Origin: a virus
Taxonomy: Duplodnaviria > Caudoviricetes
Direction: 5' to 3' (one strand)
Virus record (IMG/VR): IMGVR_UViG_3300027865_000008
Span: 1-63,789 of that record
Length of the DNA: 63,789 nucleotides
Part shown: piece by piece, positions 45,474 through 54,312 of the stretch
How positions within the stretch are numbered: position 1 is the stretch's first letter
Layout: each line of letters begins with the position of its first letter
Position numbers and translations under genes: made by a program
The notes under the pieces: model-generated
What the model was told of the DNA's origin: nothing
Databases searched by the model: none
What the model saw: the letters and a program-made list of their open reading frames with translations, nothing else

Positions 45474-45941
45474 ATGTTGGATAAACAGTGGCAGGAATTT
45501 TACCCGGAATTTTCACCAATTGAAAATTGGGGTGATGCTGAAAAAATGGACTATCGGCTCGTTTGGATGTTACACAGGGCTAGAAAAAGCCTGGGACGGA
45601 AGTTCTTTATAAACCGCGGTGTAGATTCAGAAGGTTCAAATGTTCATAAAAGTGGGCTTGCTGTCGATTTTAGGGTGGAAGGCATAAAAGATATCATGAT
45701 TGAAAAGTCTTGTTTGATTAATGCTTATGGAACGACTGGAAAGGTATACCGGTTATCAAAAGCTAATGATCCCGCCATATTTGATTTGGTAAATTTTTTA
45801 GGATCATGTCGCTTAGGTTTTTATCCATTCTGGGAATATAACGGAAATATCTGGGGTGGTTTTCACGCTGATGTGGATTTTCCACTTTTAAACTGGTGGA
45901 GGGATGAATCAGGAAAATATCATTATAATTTTCGGGTTTAA
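45474..45941 (+). CDS. Peptidase M15-like endolysin candidate
   Basis: MD..L...L...R, H..G.A.D, G.Y, FH.D (HxxxxxxD...H Zn ligands). Confidence 0.75.
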   Translation: MLDKQWQEFYPEFSPIENWGDAEKMDYRLVWMLHRARKSLGRKFFINRGVDSEGSNVHKSGLAVDFRVEGIKDIMIEKSCLINAYGTTGKVYRLSKANDPAIFDLVNFLGSCRLGFYPFWEYNGNIWGGFHADVDFPLLNWWRDESGKYHYNFRV

Positions 45942-45980
45942 CCTTTCCATATCTTTCATTTAAACAAGGGGGAGGGTGCT

Positions 45981-46184
45981 ATGAGGTGTGAAGTTAAGGG
46001 TTGCAATGGAATAGTGTTTTGTGTTCGTATCGTGGATTATGTAACGGGAAAGGTAGGGCATGTACCTAAATGTTATATGTGCGGTCGGTATTTTACTGCT
46101 TATACTGTTGAGGAAGCACCGAGGGAAAATAAGAAGAAGATTGAGGACGTTGAGGAATTCTTCAAAAACGAATACGGATTATAG
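45981..46184 (+). CDS. Zn-ribbon protein
   Basis: CEVKGC...CYMCG. Confidence 0.55.
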   Translation: MRCEVKGCNGIVFCVRIVDYVTGKVGHVPKCYMCGRYFTAYTVEEAPRENKKKIEDVEEFFKNEYGL

Positions 46185-46207
46185 TTGTCCTTGCAAAGGA
46201 GTATCTT

Positions 46208-46543
46208 ATGGATTTTCGTGATATCGAGTTAATAGTGTGGGATAAGGTTTCTAAGCAAAGAGGGTATGTATTAGAAATAAAGAATAATTTTTTTCATCCA
46301 GTTACTGTTAAATTTCATAGTCATAGTGCGGTGTATAACAGTTGGGACAAAGATTTAGAAATATTAGATCCCGGTAAAGTCTCTATTCCGTTGAAAATAA
46401 AGTTATTTGTAATAGAGGAATTCTATAAACGGCTTTATGTTCAATTAAGAAAAAAGAAGGGAACATATTGCAGGTCTTCATGGTCTTCTTTGGAAAGATG
46501 TTTACGGTATCGAAGAGTAAAAAAGTATATTTCAACAAGGTAA
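46208..46543 (+). CDS. Hypothetical protein (YopX-like N-terminus)
   Basis: RDI...VWDK motif; SD AAGGAG. Confidence 0.5.
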   Translation: MDFRDIELIVWDKVSKQRGYVLEIKNNFFHPVTVKFHSHSAVYNSWDKDLEILDPGKVSIPLKIKLFVIEEFYKRLYVQLRKKKGTYCRSSWSSLERCLRYRRVKKYISTR

Positions 46544-46556
46544 GGGGGAAAAGTAC

Positions 46557-47087
46557 ATGGAAGGGAAACAAGCACTTATAATTTTGGTCGGAAATATAGG
46601 TACTGGTAAATCAACTTTTGCGAGGCTACTTGCAGACATGGATAGAAATACCAATGTTGTAGTGTCACTTGATGCTATCACGACTATGATTGGTGCGGGA
46701 AATTACGGGAATTACGATGAAAAGAAAAAGCCTCTTTATAAACAAATTCTGGTTTCAGCTATTGAAGCAGGTCTTTCAGCTGGTTTTGATATCATTGTTG
46801 ATGATACCAATATAGAGGCTAAACGTCGAAAGTGGCTATTAGGAATTGTTAAGAAACGGGAAGTTCAAACGGTTTGTTATAATTTTGGTAAGGGTGATAG
46901 CTTTACGTTGTGGCGTAGAATGGCTGAACCAAAAGGAATCAATCCCTATGAATGGAGTAGAATACATCTTAGATTACAGAGAGATTATTGCAAGCCTACC
47001 TGTGAAGAAGGTTTTGTTCATGTTTGTAATGCAAATGAATCTTTTAGTCCGAAAAACACCGATTTTTGGTACCAAGAATCCGCCTAA
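46557..47087 (+). CDS. AAA_33 / polynucleotide-kinase-like P-loop protein
   Basis: ILVG..G.GKSTFA, VS.D, IVDDTN....R, P..EEGF. Confidence 0.85.
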   Translation: MEGKQALIILVGNIGTGKSTFARLLADMDRNTNVVVSLDAITTMIGAGNYGNYDEKKKPLYKQILVSAIEAGLSAGFDIIVDDTNIEAKRRKWLLGIVKKREVQTVCYNFGKGDSFTLWRRMAEPKGINPYEWSRIHLRLQRDYCKPTCEEGFVHVCNANESFSPKNTDFWYQESA

Positions 47088-47279
47088 CGTTATATTGGGG
47101 ACTAACGAGGTGTATTATGTTAAGTTTAAAACATTACTGGCAAAAAATAGTATTAGAATTCAGGACGCTCGCTTGGTATCTCGAATTTCATGAAAATATC
47201 AAATTGCTGCTGGGTATCTTATTCTTTGCCAGTATGATCGGACTGACAATATTATTCGTGTCCTGGAAGGGGTGAAATT

Positions 47280-47495
47280 GTGACAACAGTATTTGTTAAT
47301 GACAAGCAGCTCTTTAAAACGAGAGTCAATTCTAAGGATAATTTTTATAAAGATTATGATGTCGATATGGAAAGTGTAAATAAAATAATCGAAAAAAAAG
47401 CAAGAACTAAAAATGGTATCACGGTTCAGTTTATGGGAACGAGTGAGAATCCGTTTGTGAATCTTTATTTTAATCGGGAGATTGTAAGGTGGTAA
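47280..47495 (+). CDS. Hypothetical protein
   Basis: Intact ORF. Confidence 0.45.
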   Translation: MTTVFVNDKQLFKTRVNSKDNFYKDYDVDMESVNKIIEKKARTKNGITVQFMGTSENPFVNLYFNREIVRW

Positions 47496-47605
47496 TGTTT
47501 AGAGGGAAGGAAGTCTATTGCTTATTTATTATTCTCTTCTGGGTCGTGTTTCAAAGTATTTATCATAGTTTATATGAAATGTTTATTTGGTAGGAGATAT
47601 CTATT

Positions 47606-48088
47606 ATGTATTTCAAAGATTCATCTAAAGTGCTTTTTGCGGTATTTATTTTTTGGTTGGTTACGATTATTATCCTTTTAAATTCGTTCCCATCGGAGGC
47701 AATAACAGCACAATTGCCTGATGGGTCATTTGTAACCGGATCACCCACTATAGCTTTACAATGCTATATTCTCAGTGGAGATGTTGGTATGGAAGGCGGT
47801 ACCGCTCAATTCAGGTGGTCAACGGAGCCTTCTGTTGGTGAAAAGGGTGTCTGGTCAACGAAAGTGCCGTATACAACAGAGAAGATGGATGTTGATATCC
47901 CAGATTTTCCAGTAAATAAAAAAATTTTCGTACAAGCTCGTTTTTGTGACGTTTTAGGTAATTGTTCACCCGTTTCAATTGTTTCTGCTATTACTGCTAG
48001 TGGCCAAATTACACTAACAGATGTTAAGCCAGCGGGTACGATTAATGTTATATATTCGATTACGATAAAGGTTCAGGAGGTGCAGTAA
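47606..48088 (+). CDS. Secreted FN3-like protein
   Basis: Signal peptide; V.ARF.D..GN.S. Confidence 0.6.
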   Translation: MYFKDSSKVLFAVFIFWLVTIIILLNSFPSEAITAQLPDGSFVTGSPTIALQCYILSGDVGMEGGTAQFRWSTEPSVGEKGVWSTKVPYTTEKMDVDIPDFPVNKKIFVQARFCDVLGNCSPVSIVSAITASGQITLTDVKPAGTINVIYSITIKVQEVQ

Positions 48089-48093
48089 TCTCC

Positions 48094-48444
48094 ATGATAA
48101 TAAAAACATTATTCATATTTTTATTCCTGGTAACTCTTGCAAATGCAAACAGTGTCGGTTTCGAGTGGGCTTCAAATAAAGATCATGTTTTAGGATACAA
48201 AATATATTACGAACAGTTTCCGGATGTTTGTGGGAAAACTTTTGTAGAAATTCCGATTGAATCGTTGGTAGATTCATCGTATCCAGAATATGTTTTAACC
48301 GACCTAGCTGATGGGACATGGTACTTTAATTTGTCGGCATATAACGATATTGGTGAAAGTGAATGTACTTGGGAAATAGCAACGACTTTTGATCCTAATG
48401 GTTTCAGCGGTTTTATAAAAATTATAGTTACTGGGAAAAAATAA
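48094..48444 (+). CDS. Secreted fibronectin type III protein
   Basis: Signal peptide (ANA); W......GYKIYY...L..G.WYF...AYN..GES. Confidence 0.8.
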   Translation: MIIKTLFIFLFLVTLANANSVGFEWASNKDHVLGYKIYYEQFPDVCGKTFVEIPIESLVDSSYPEYVLTDLADGTWYFNLSAYNDIGESECTWEIATTFDPNGFSGFIKIIVTGKK

Positions 48445-48468
48445 TCTATATATAGAAGGTACGCAGCC

Positions 48469-48924
48469 ATGGAAGAATCTACATCTAGTACTTTAAAAAT
48501 GAAACTTCATTCAAGAAATTTTGCAGCTGTTAGTGACGGTACAAAAATAGCTGAATTGAGACTTTATGATAAAAAACGGCAATCGCTTAATTTGCAAAGC
48601 TCGATTATTTTTTCAGATTCTTCCGATGAGAATTTGAAACCTGTAAAAGTTAATGTGAGGGGATTGTTATATTTTCCAAGTTTTAGGGATGTTTTTTCAT
48701 TCATTCCAGGTAAATGGCTCGGTAAATCTCCACGTTTAAAGTTTATGGATGAAAATTCATGTCCAGATAATGCTAACGGGTATAAAAAATGGTATAAGAA
48801 GGTGGATTCTCTGGAATTACATATCAAAAATGCTGTTTTAGACGAATTAAGGGGAATTTATACTCCAGAACAAGAAAAAGAAAATGGTGTAATAGTAATA
48901 GTTCTTGAAAGGGAGAAATTTTAA
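48469..48924 (+). CDS. ASCH/PUA-like domain protein
   Basis: MKL....F.....G.K..ELRLYD.KR, F.SF, Y..EQE...GV..I. Confidence 0.8.
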   Translation: MEESTSSTLKMKLHSRNFAAVSDGTKIAELRLYDKKRQSLNLQSSIIFSDSSDENLKPVKVNVRGLLYFPSFRDVFSFIPGKWLGKSPRLKFMDENSCPDNANGYKKWYKKVDSLELHIKNAVLDELRGIYTPEQEKENGVIVIVLEREKF

Positions 48925-48926
48925 AA

Positions 48927-49052
48927 ATGCCACAAGCACCGAGGCCGTATCCAGGAAAAGAAAAAATACCAAGACCACCTCCACCACCACCTCCTCCTCC
49001 TCCAAGGAAAGAGAGTAAAACGTATATAGTTGTAATAGAGAAAAATATTTGA
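48927..49052 (+). CDS. 41-aa polyproline peptide (not in ORF track)
   Basis: MPQAPRPYPGKEKIPR-P10-RKESKTYIVVIEKNI; GGGAG upstream. Confidence 0.5.
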   Translation: MPQAPRPYPGKEKIPRPPPPPPPPPPRKESKTYIVVIEKNI

Positions 49053-49077
49053 CATTATAGGCAGGCTTGATTATAAT
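49049..49077 (+). promoter_or_regulatory. Regulon promoter/operator 1
   Basis: TTGACA-TTATAGGCAGGCTTGAT-TATAAT. Confidence 0.75.
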
Positions 49078-49084
49078 TAGAATT

Positions 49085-49336
49085 ATGGATTTAAAAAATA
49101 AAATAACCCTACAAGAAGCTGCACAATATGCAGGTGTAAGTTATAACACAATACGTGGTGCTGCAAATAGATTCTTAAAGGTCGATTCTCCATCAAGCTC
49201 ACTATTAAGATGTGAACGGTCTAAAATTCCTGTTTGTGGGAGTATGCTTATATTTACAACTGAGGTAGATGTAGATAGTTGGAAAAGAAAGCGTAAAAGA
49301 CCAGGTCAATATAAAAGAGTGAAAAACAACAAATAA
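49085..49336 (+). CDS. HTH_17/excisionase-like DNA-binding protein, probably leaderless
   Basis: ITLQEAAQYAGVSYNTIR; ATG lies 7 nt after TATAAT. Confidence 0.75.
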   Translation: MDLKNKITLQEAAQYAGVSYNTIRGAANRFLKVDSPSSSLLRCERSKIPVCGSMLIFTTEVDVDSWKRKRKRPGQYKRVKNNK

Positions 49337-49350
49337 AAACTATTTTTTTC

Positions 49351-49379
49351 TTTACATTATGATCAAGCTCGACTATAAT
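49351..49379 (+). promoter_or_regulatory. Regulon promoter/operator 2
   Basis: TTTACA-TTATGATCAAGCTCGAC-TATAAT. Confidence 0.8.
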
Positions 49380-49414
49380 CAAAATATAGAAACAATAATT
49401 ATAGGGAAATAAAA

Positions 49415-49612
49415 ATGATTAATTTCACGATTCACAATTTACCGGGTGAGGAAGAATTTACGTTCAGGGAATCAAGATGGAAATATGTAAGTCTTCATTA
49501 TAAAAATGGAGAAAAAGAGCATAGGTATTTCCATTCAAGTTGTGACGTTATTACTGGCAAAAGTGGATTTTGCTTAGCTTGTGGTGCAAGTTCACCCGTT
49601 GTGCCGCTTTAA
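49415..49612 (+). CDS. Small Zn-binding protein
   Basis: H..C...CLACG. Confidence 0.5.
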   Translation: MINFTIHNLPGEEEFTFRESRWKYVSLHYKNGEKEHRYFHSSCDVITGKSGFCLACGASSPVVPL

Positions 49613-49664
49613 TTTTTAACAAGGTCTGGTCGATTTGACCGGACATAAACTGGAGGGTCATTTT

Positions 49665-49856
49665 ATGAAAGTTTTTCCGGAAAAAAAGTCTTCAATTTTT
49701 ATAGAAAAAAGGGCCGGCAAATTTTCTGCTCGCTGGCGTGGTTATCCTGGAACTCGAACTAAATTTTTTTATTCTATGGGGAAGGCAATTTCGGCACTGA
49801 TATTACAGTCTCATGACGAATTAACCATTTTTTCAGAAAATGACACAGTTCATTAA
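49665..49856 (+). CDS. Hypothetical protein
   Basis: ATG after GGAGG. Confidence 0.5.
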   Translation: MKVFPEKKSSIFIEKRAGKFSARWRGYPGTRTKFFYSMGKAISALILQSHDELTIFSENDTVH

Positions 49857-50124
49857 ATTATGGAGTAAAACTATGAAACAAATTTGGAAACGGGAATTTG
49901 GCCTGATTGTAAAAATTCTTGATATCGTAGGTTTAATAGTAATTTTGCATTGGTTAAGTGATATTTGTTGGAAAAAAGCACAAAATGCACTAACAGAGGA
50001 TGAGAAAGCAAAATTTACCTTTTCAGTGAAGGCTTTTAATGAAATGGAAAAGAGTTTAATAAAAATTAAAGATGGTATCGATCCTAATGAAAAAGAGGAG
50101 AATGACATTGAAAGGAACAATTAA
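49840..50124 (+). CDS. Small membrane protein
   Basis: Hydrophobic segment LIVKILDIVGLIVILHWL. Confidence 0.45.
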   Translation: MTQFIKLWSKTMKQIWKREFGLIVKILDIVGLIVILHWLSDICWKKAQNALTEDEKAKFTFSVKAFNEMEKSLIKIKDGIDPNEKEENDIERNN

Positions 50125-50581
50125 ATTAATAAAAGAAGATTATCCGTTACGTTTTTGGCAGGGTATATACGTTACTTTACATTGGATGCTAAAAGCAGAT
50201 TGTGTAAATATCACACCTAAGAAGGTTTCTGATCAGGCTTCTTTTAAGGAGGATTTTGCTCTTAAAAGTCCTAAAGAGCCGATAGTTTTAGGTGACATTT
50301 TGATGGAAGATGTTTTTAGGAATGCTTTAATAGCCGACATTAGTGAATTGGAAAAGCTCCAGTTGACAAATTATATGTTTAATTATGTTATGTTTGATAA
50401 AATTCTCTATCGTAGGTTTGTTATTGAAGGTACGCCCAGAGAGGTTTGGTTCAATGAAAGGTTTACAAGTGTTCTATTAAATTATGATATATATTATGAT
50501 GTCGGGGACATGCATGCATATATTGTTAATGGTACTAAAATAATCGGTACTATTATGCCGTCTATTGTGAATATAGATTAA
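50102..50581 (+). CDS. Hypothetical protein (C-terminus reminiscent of sliding-clamp IMP end)
   Basis: SD GAGGAG; ends ...IG.IMP. Confidence 0.5.
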   Translation: MTLKGTIKLIKEDYPLRFWQGIYVTLHWMLKADCVNITPKKVSDQASFKEDFALKSPKEPIVLGDILMEDVFRNALIADISELEKLQLTNYMFNYVMFDKILYRRFVIEGTPREVWFNERFTSVLLNYDIYYDVGDMHAYIVNGTKIIGTIMPSIVNID

Positions 50582-50604
50582 TACTCTGCGTAAGGATAAA
50601 TTTT

Positions 50605-50898
50605 ATGTTTAGAATTAGCAACCGAAAAAATAGTATAGATGTAGATTACAATTTAAAAAACGGGGAACCTTCTGGTGTGTATCGTTATCGTCCAGGTAGG
50701 GGAACGTTTAGACAGCTTTTCGGATTAGCTAAAGCTGCTGATAAAATTAAATTTGATTTTAAGCAATTGTCGGAGGAATTTGTATTAGATAAAAAATGCT
50801 TTTTGGACCATTACGAGGGTAGAAGGGATGATAACAGTTCTTTTCCAGGAGAGTTCTGGTACTGGATAAAGTCTAAAATATTAGTAATTTATAGTTAG
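50605..50898 (+). CDS. Hypothetical protein
   Basis: SD AAGGA. Confidence 0.5.
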   Translation: MFRISNRKNSIDVDYNLKNGEPSGVYRYRPGRGTFRQLFGLAKAADKIKFDFKQLSEEFVLDKKCFLDHYEGRRDDNSSFPGEFWYWIKSKILVIYS

Positions 50899-50917
50899 TA
50901 CTTTATTTATATTTCTC

Positions 50918-50946
50918 TTGACATCATGATCAAGCTTGATTATAAT
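50918..50946 (+). promoter_or_regulatory. Regulon promoter/operator 3 (perfect sigma70 consensus)
   Basis: TTGACA-TCATGATCAAGCTTGAT-TATAAT. Confidence 0.85.
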
Positions 50947-50995
50947 ATATTTATAATCAATTGGGACAATGTTTAACACAAAAAGGAGCAAAAGA

Positions 50996-51259
50996 ATGGA
51001 AACGACAACAACAATTTATGCCGGATCAGCTTTCTTAGGAAATGGAGACGAAGTCATTCAAAAAACCAAAAAACTAGCTGAACGCATTGAGCGTTCAGCT
51101 AAAAAACACAGTGTTTTCCTGTCCTTCTGCGGAAACATTACATTAGATTTTTTGTGTGAATATAAAAATAGAAATGACGCGGAGATTATAATTAGTGCCT
51201 ATCGATCAAATGATTTAGTCCGCGACGCAGAGGCAGAAATTAGCGAATCTATTGCTTAG
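50996..51259 (+). CDS. Hypothetical protein
   Basis: ATG after AAGGAG. Confidence 0.55.
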   Translation: METTTTIYAGSAFLGNGDEVIQKTKKLAERIERSAKKHSVFLSFCGNITLDFLCEYKNRNDAEIIISAYRSNDLVRDAEAEISESIA

Positions 51260-51267
51260 AACCACTT

Positions 51268-52110
51268 GTGAGAATAAAGAAAGGAATTTTAAAAATGTGG
51301 AATGAACCAACCCTTGCAATGCTGGAAACTTTGCCCAAATTGTACGAAACTGAGGATGTACTTGCAGAAGATAAAATAGTTCACATGCATTTTTTTGTTT
51401 CAGGGCATGATTGGTATGTTGTTGAATATGATAAAACAGAAAAGCTTATTTTCGGATTTATTCTGAATGCTGCAAATCAGGTAAATGATGCTGAACTGGG
51501 ATATACGACTTTAAAGGAATTGTGTCAATGCCGTGTTAATCATCTGCAAGTTGACAGTGACATTCATTTCATATCGAAAAAAGCATCAGAGATCAAACAG
51601 TTAAGAGACGCTAATGGCTGGACGGAAGAAATTAAGGGAACGGAAAACGAGATTAAGGAAAGGATAGAAAAAAAATACGTGGTAAAAACTACCGCACAGA
51701 TTAAAAAGCTGTTAAGCAAACAATTTAATTGGAAGTTTTCCGTTACTAAAGATAGGGGTACCGCTTCTCACTGGATCAGTGTTTCTTGGCTTGATGGTCC
51801 CACCGAAAAAGCCGTCAGTGCGTTTTGCAAACAATTTAATGATAATAAAAATGATGATCATTCGACCGATTTATGGTGTGGTTCTCAGTATACTTCTACA
51901 AGCCGACATGTTACGGCAGGATCATATCTCATGATTATGGATATGGTATGCAAAAGGGAAAAAGTGGATATCCCTCCCTATACCGAGGGTGAATCAAGCC
52001 ATGGTAAGCATAAATATAAATATGCTTATATAGAAAGAGATTATACAAGTAACATTGATATTGGACACTTGGTATTACAAGAACTCAGCATAACAGATTT
52101 ACGCTTATAG
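51268..52110 (+). CDS. DUF2958 + LPD29-like fusion
   Basis: LPKLYETE......F.....WY..EYD...FG...ELGY..L.EL, then IKK.L...F..KFSV......I.VSW.DGPT. Confidence 0.7.
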   Translation: MRIKKGILKMWNEPTLAMLETLPKLYETEDVLAEDKIVHMHFFVSGHDWYVVEYDKTEKLIFGFILNAANQVNDAELGYTTLKELCQCRVNHLQVDSDIHFISKKASEIKQLRDANGWTEEIKGTENEIKERIEKKYVVKTTAQIKKLLSKQFNWKFSVTKDRGTASHWISVSWLDGPTEKAVSAFCKQFNDNKNDDHSTDLWCGSQYTSTSRHVTAGSYLMIMDMVCKREKVDIPPYTEGESSHGKHKYKYAYIERDYTSNIDIGHLVLQELSITDLRL

Positions 52111-52124
52111 AAAGGACATGAAAC

Positions 52125-52931
52125 ATGAATAAGTACGAATTGAAACAAGAACTTAGAAAAGAGAAGTATGAGGAGCTGTCGAAGAAAGCAGGTGTAAAGT
52201 CTACTGTAAATTATGAAGCCAGTAACGAAATAACCAAGTTTATTCCAATGGGACAACCTATTTTAGTTGGTCATCATTCGGAAAAACGTCACAGAAAGGA
52301 TCTTGGGCGTGTCAATTCTCTTATGCGTAAAAGCGTAGAGGAAATGGATAAGGCCGAGTATTATGCCAATAAAGCCGAATCTGTTGGAAAGGGTGGAATT
52401 AGTTCGGATGATCCTGACGCAGTTAAAAAGTTGAAAGTAGAATTGAAGGGGCTCGAAGATTCAAGGGATTATTCGAAAAAACTAAATGCTGAATACCGGA
52501 AAAATAAGTCTATCGATGATATGTCTATTTCTGACGGGCTCAAAGTTAAATTGGAAGTTCAAAAGAAAAATTGGTTCATGGGATCTGAAAAATGGGTGCC
52601 ATGTGAAAGTTACGTGTTTTCGAATCTCGGTGCAAATATCAGGCGTATCCGGAAACGAATTGAAATTTTAACTGTTGAAGCTAACAGAGAAGAAGCAAAG
52701 CCTATAGAGCGGGAAGGTTTTACTATTATCGAATCGAAAGAAGAAAATAGAATTATGTTTGATTTCGATAAAAAACCTCCTTATGAAATGCGCACATTGT
52801 TAAAGAAAAATGGCTGGCGTTGGACTCCTTCTCTTGGTACATGGACACGTAAAACAACCAACGCCGCTCGAAGTTCGGCTAGTTACTTAATGGGGGAGAT
52901 AGAAAAAGAAAATTTATTAAATAACGTTTAG
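52125..52931 (+). CDS. DUF3560-domain protein
   Basis: IPMGQPILVGHHSEKRHR, ISSDDPDA..KL, N..ANIRR...RI, NR....F..KP, LK..G.RW.PS...W.R. Confidence 0.88.
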   Translation: MNKYELKQELRKEKYEELSKKAGVKSTVNYEASNEITKFIPMGQPILVGHHSEKRHRKDLGRVNSLMRKSVEEMDKAEYYANKAESVGKGGISSDDPDAVKKLKVELKGLEDSRDYSKKLNAEYRKNKSIDDMSISDGLKVKLEVQKKNWFMGSEKWVPCESYVFSNLGANIRRIRKRIEILTVEANREEAKPIEREGFTIIESKEENRIMFDFDKKPPYEMRTLLKKNGWRWTPSLGTWTRKTTNAARSSASYLMGEIEKENLLNNV

Positions 52932-52944
52932 CTTCTTTTTTTGC

Positions 52945-53008
52945 TTTACATTTTGATCAAGCATGACTATAATAATATTAAGGGATTATGAGCATGTTTG
53001 ACTATAAT
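52945..53008 (+). promoter_or_regulatory. Regulon promoter/operator 4 plus tandem operator 5
   Basis: TTTACA-TTTTGATCAAGCATGAC-TATAAT and ATTATGAGCATGTTTGACTATAAT (52985-53008). Confidence 0.8.
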
Positions 53009-53043
53009 TAAATTTTTAGCTATAATAAAAGAAAGGGAATGCC

Positions 53044-53592
53044 ATGCAACTAAAAACGAGAAAAGGTTATGATTTTTTTGTAGCAACGTCAGCATTGCAA
53101 AAAAGCATCAGGCGGAACAAGCCGGAGGTGGCAGGGTTTTTTGCTATTGAACTTTGGGAGTCAAATTATCGGAAATATGTGTGGAAAAGGCTTCTGACTA
53201 TTTCCGCGGAGGATTGTGCCGGCATAATTACAAAAGAGATCAAAGCCCTTTACGATTCCTATGTATTTATAAATACGCCTAAACCCAAAGAACCTAAAGG
53301 GCGTATTTTCGTGGCCAAAGCAGTACTTATCTTATGTGCGGCGGCTAAATGCCGTGATGCAGATCATTTAACCAATCTCGTATATGACAAAGAAAAGCTT
53401 TCTCCAGGTGCTCTCGATGAATTTTTGCAAGAAGTAGATAAAACTGAACGCAGAGAAATTGAGGGTTATGTGTATGATTGCCATACACGGCAGGGTAAAA
53501 AAGCGGGCAAAACGAAAGAAAACTTTTTTAGAGACGAGTTTATCTGTTTGAAGCCGAAACAATTGGGACTTTTTGACAGTCTGGTTAAATAG
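53044..53592 (+). CDS. Stand-alone MgsA/RarA C-terminal-like domain protein
   Basis: SALQKSIRR, WKRL..ISAED, A...L....K.R, D.HT..G; no Walker A. Confidence 0.75.
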   Translation: MQLKTRKGYDFFVATSALQKSIRRNKPEVAGFFAIELWESNYRKYVWKRLLTISAEDCAGIITKEIKALYDSYVFINTPKPKEPKGRIFVAKAVLILCAAAKCRDADHLTNLVYDKEKLSPGALDEFLQEVDKTERREIEGYVYDCHTRQGKKAGKTKENFFRDEFICLKPKQLGLFDSLVK

Positions 53593-53623
53593 ATAAGTAT
53601 AAGTAATTATATCAACATTTTGT

Positions 53624-53650
53624 AAAAACCCCACTATATGTGGGGTTTTT
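53624..53650. terminator. Bidirectional intrinsic terminator
   Basis: AAAAACCCCAC-TATAT-GTGGGGTTTTT. Confidence 0.8.
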
Positions 53651-53664
53651 CGTGGAGCGTAATA

Positions 53665-54312
53665 ATGAAAATAATCGATGATTTGAAGTCTCTTGCCGTT
53701 CCGGTTGATTCAATAAAACTGGATGATCAAAATGCAGTTAATCACCCGCAACGTAATATAGAGATGATAGCCAATAGTCTCAAAAAATATGGACAGCGAA
53801 AGCCTATTGTGGTTAACAAAAAGACCAATATCGTAGAAGCCGGTAATGGTACGCTAACAGCTGCTCGAATGTTAGGAGCGAAAGAAATTGCAGCTGTTTT
53901 TGTAACCGAATCTAAAAAAAACGCTCAGGGGTTCTCTGTACTTGATAATAGGTCTGCTCAACTGGCGAAATTCAATCCCAATCTGTTAGATATCGCGAAG
54001 CTCTTTGAGGGCGAAGAGGATATATCGTTAGGATTTAGACCGGATGAACTTGATTCAATGTTTAATACTGAAAAAGAAATGAAGATAAAGGACAACATTG
54101 AAGAAATGGAAATTCAACCATTTGAGCACCATGATTATATCGTTCTGATTTTTAAAGACACTTTATCCTGGACAAAAGTTTTAACATTTTTCGGGATAAA
54201 AAAAGTTAACTTTTCTACTACTTCCAAAAAGGTAAAAATCGGTTTGGGAAGAGTTATAAAAGGGGAGAAATTACTTGATTATATTGATTCTCAGTCGGGG
54301 AAGAGTAAATAG
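53665..54312 (+). CDS. ParB/Srx-like N-terminal domain protein
   Basis: N...H...I..I..SL..YGQ.KPIVV......AGNG...AA..LG, DNR. Confidence 0.82.
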   Translation: MKIIDDLKSLAVPVDSIKLDDQNAVNHPQRNIEMIANSLKKYGQRKPIVVNKKTNIVEAGNGTLTAARMLGAKEIAAVFVTESKKNAQGFSVLDNRSAQLAKFNPNLLDIAKLFEGEEDISLGFRPDELDSMFNTEKEMKIKDNIEEMEIQPFEHHDYIVLIFKDTLSWTKVLTFFGIKKVNFSTTSKKVKIGLGRVIKGEKLLDYIDSQSGKSK

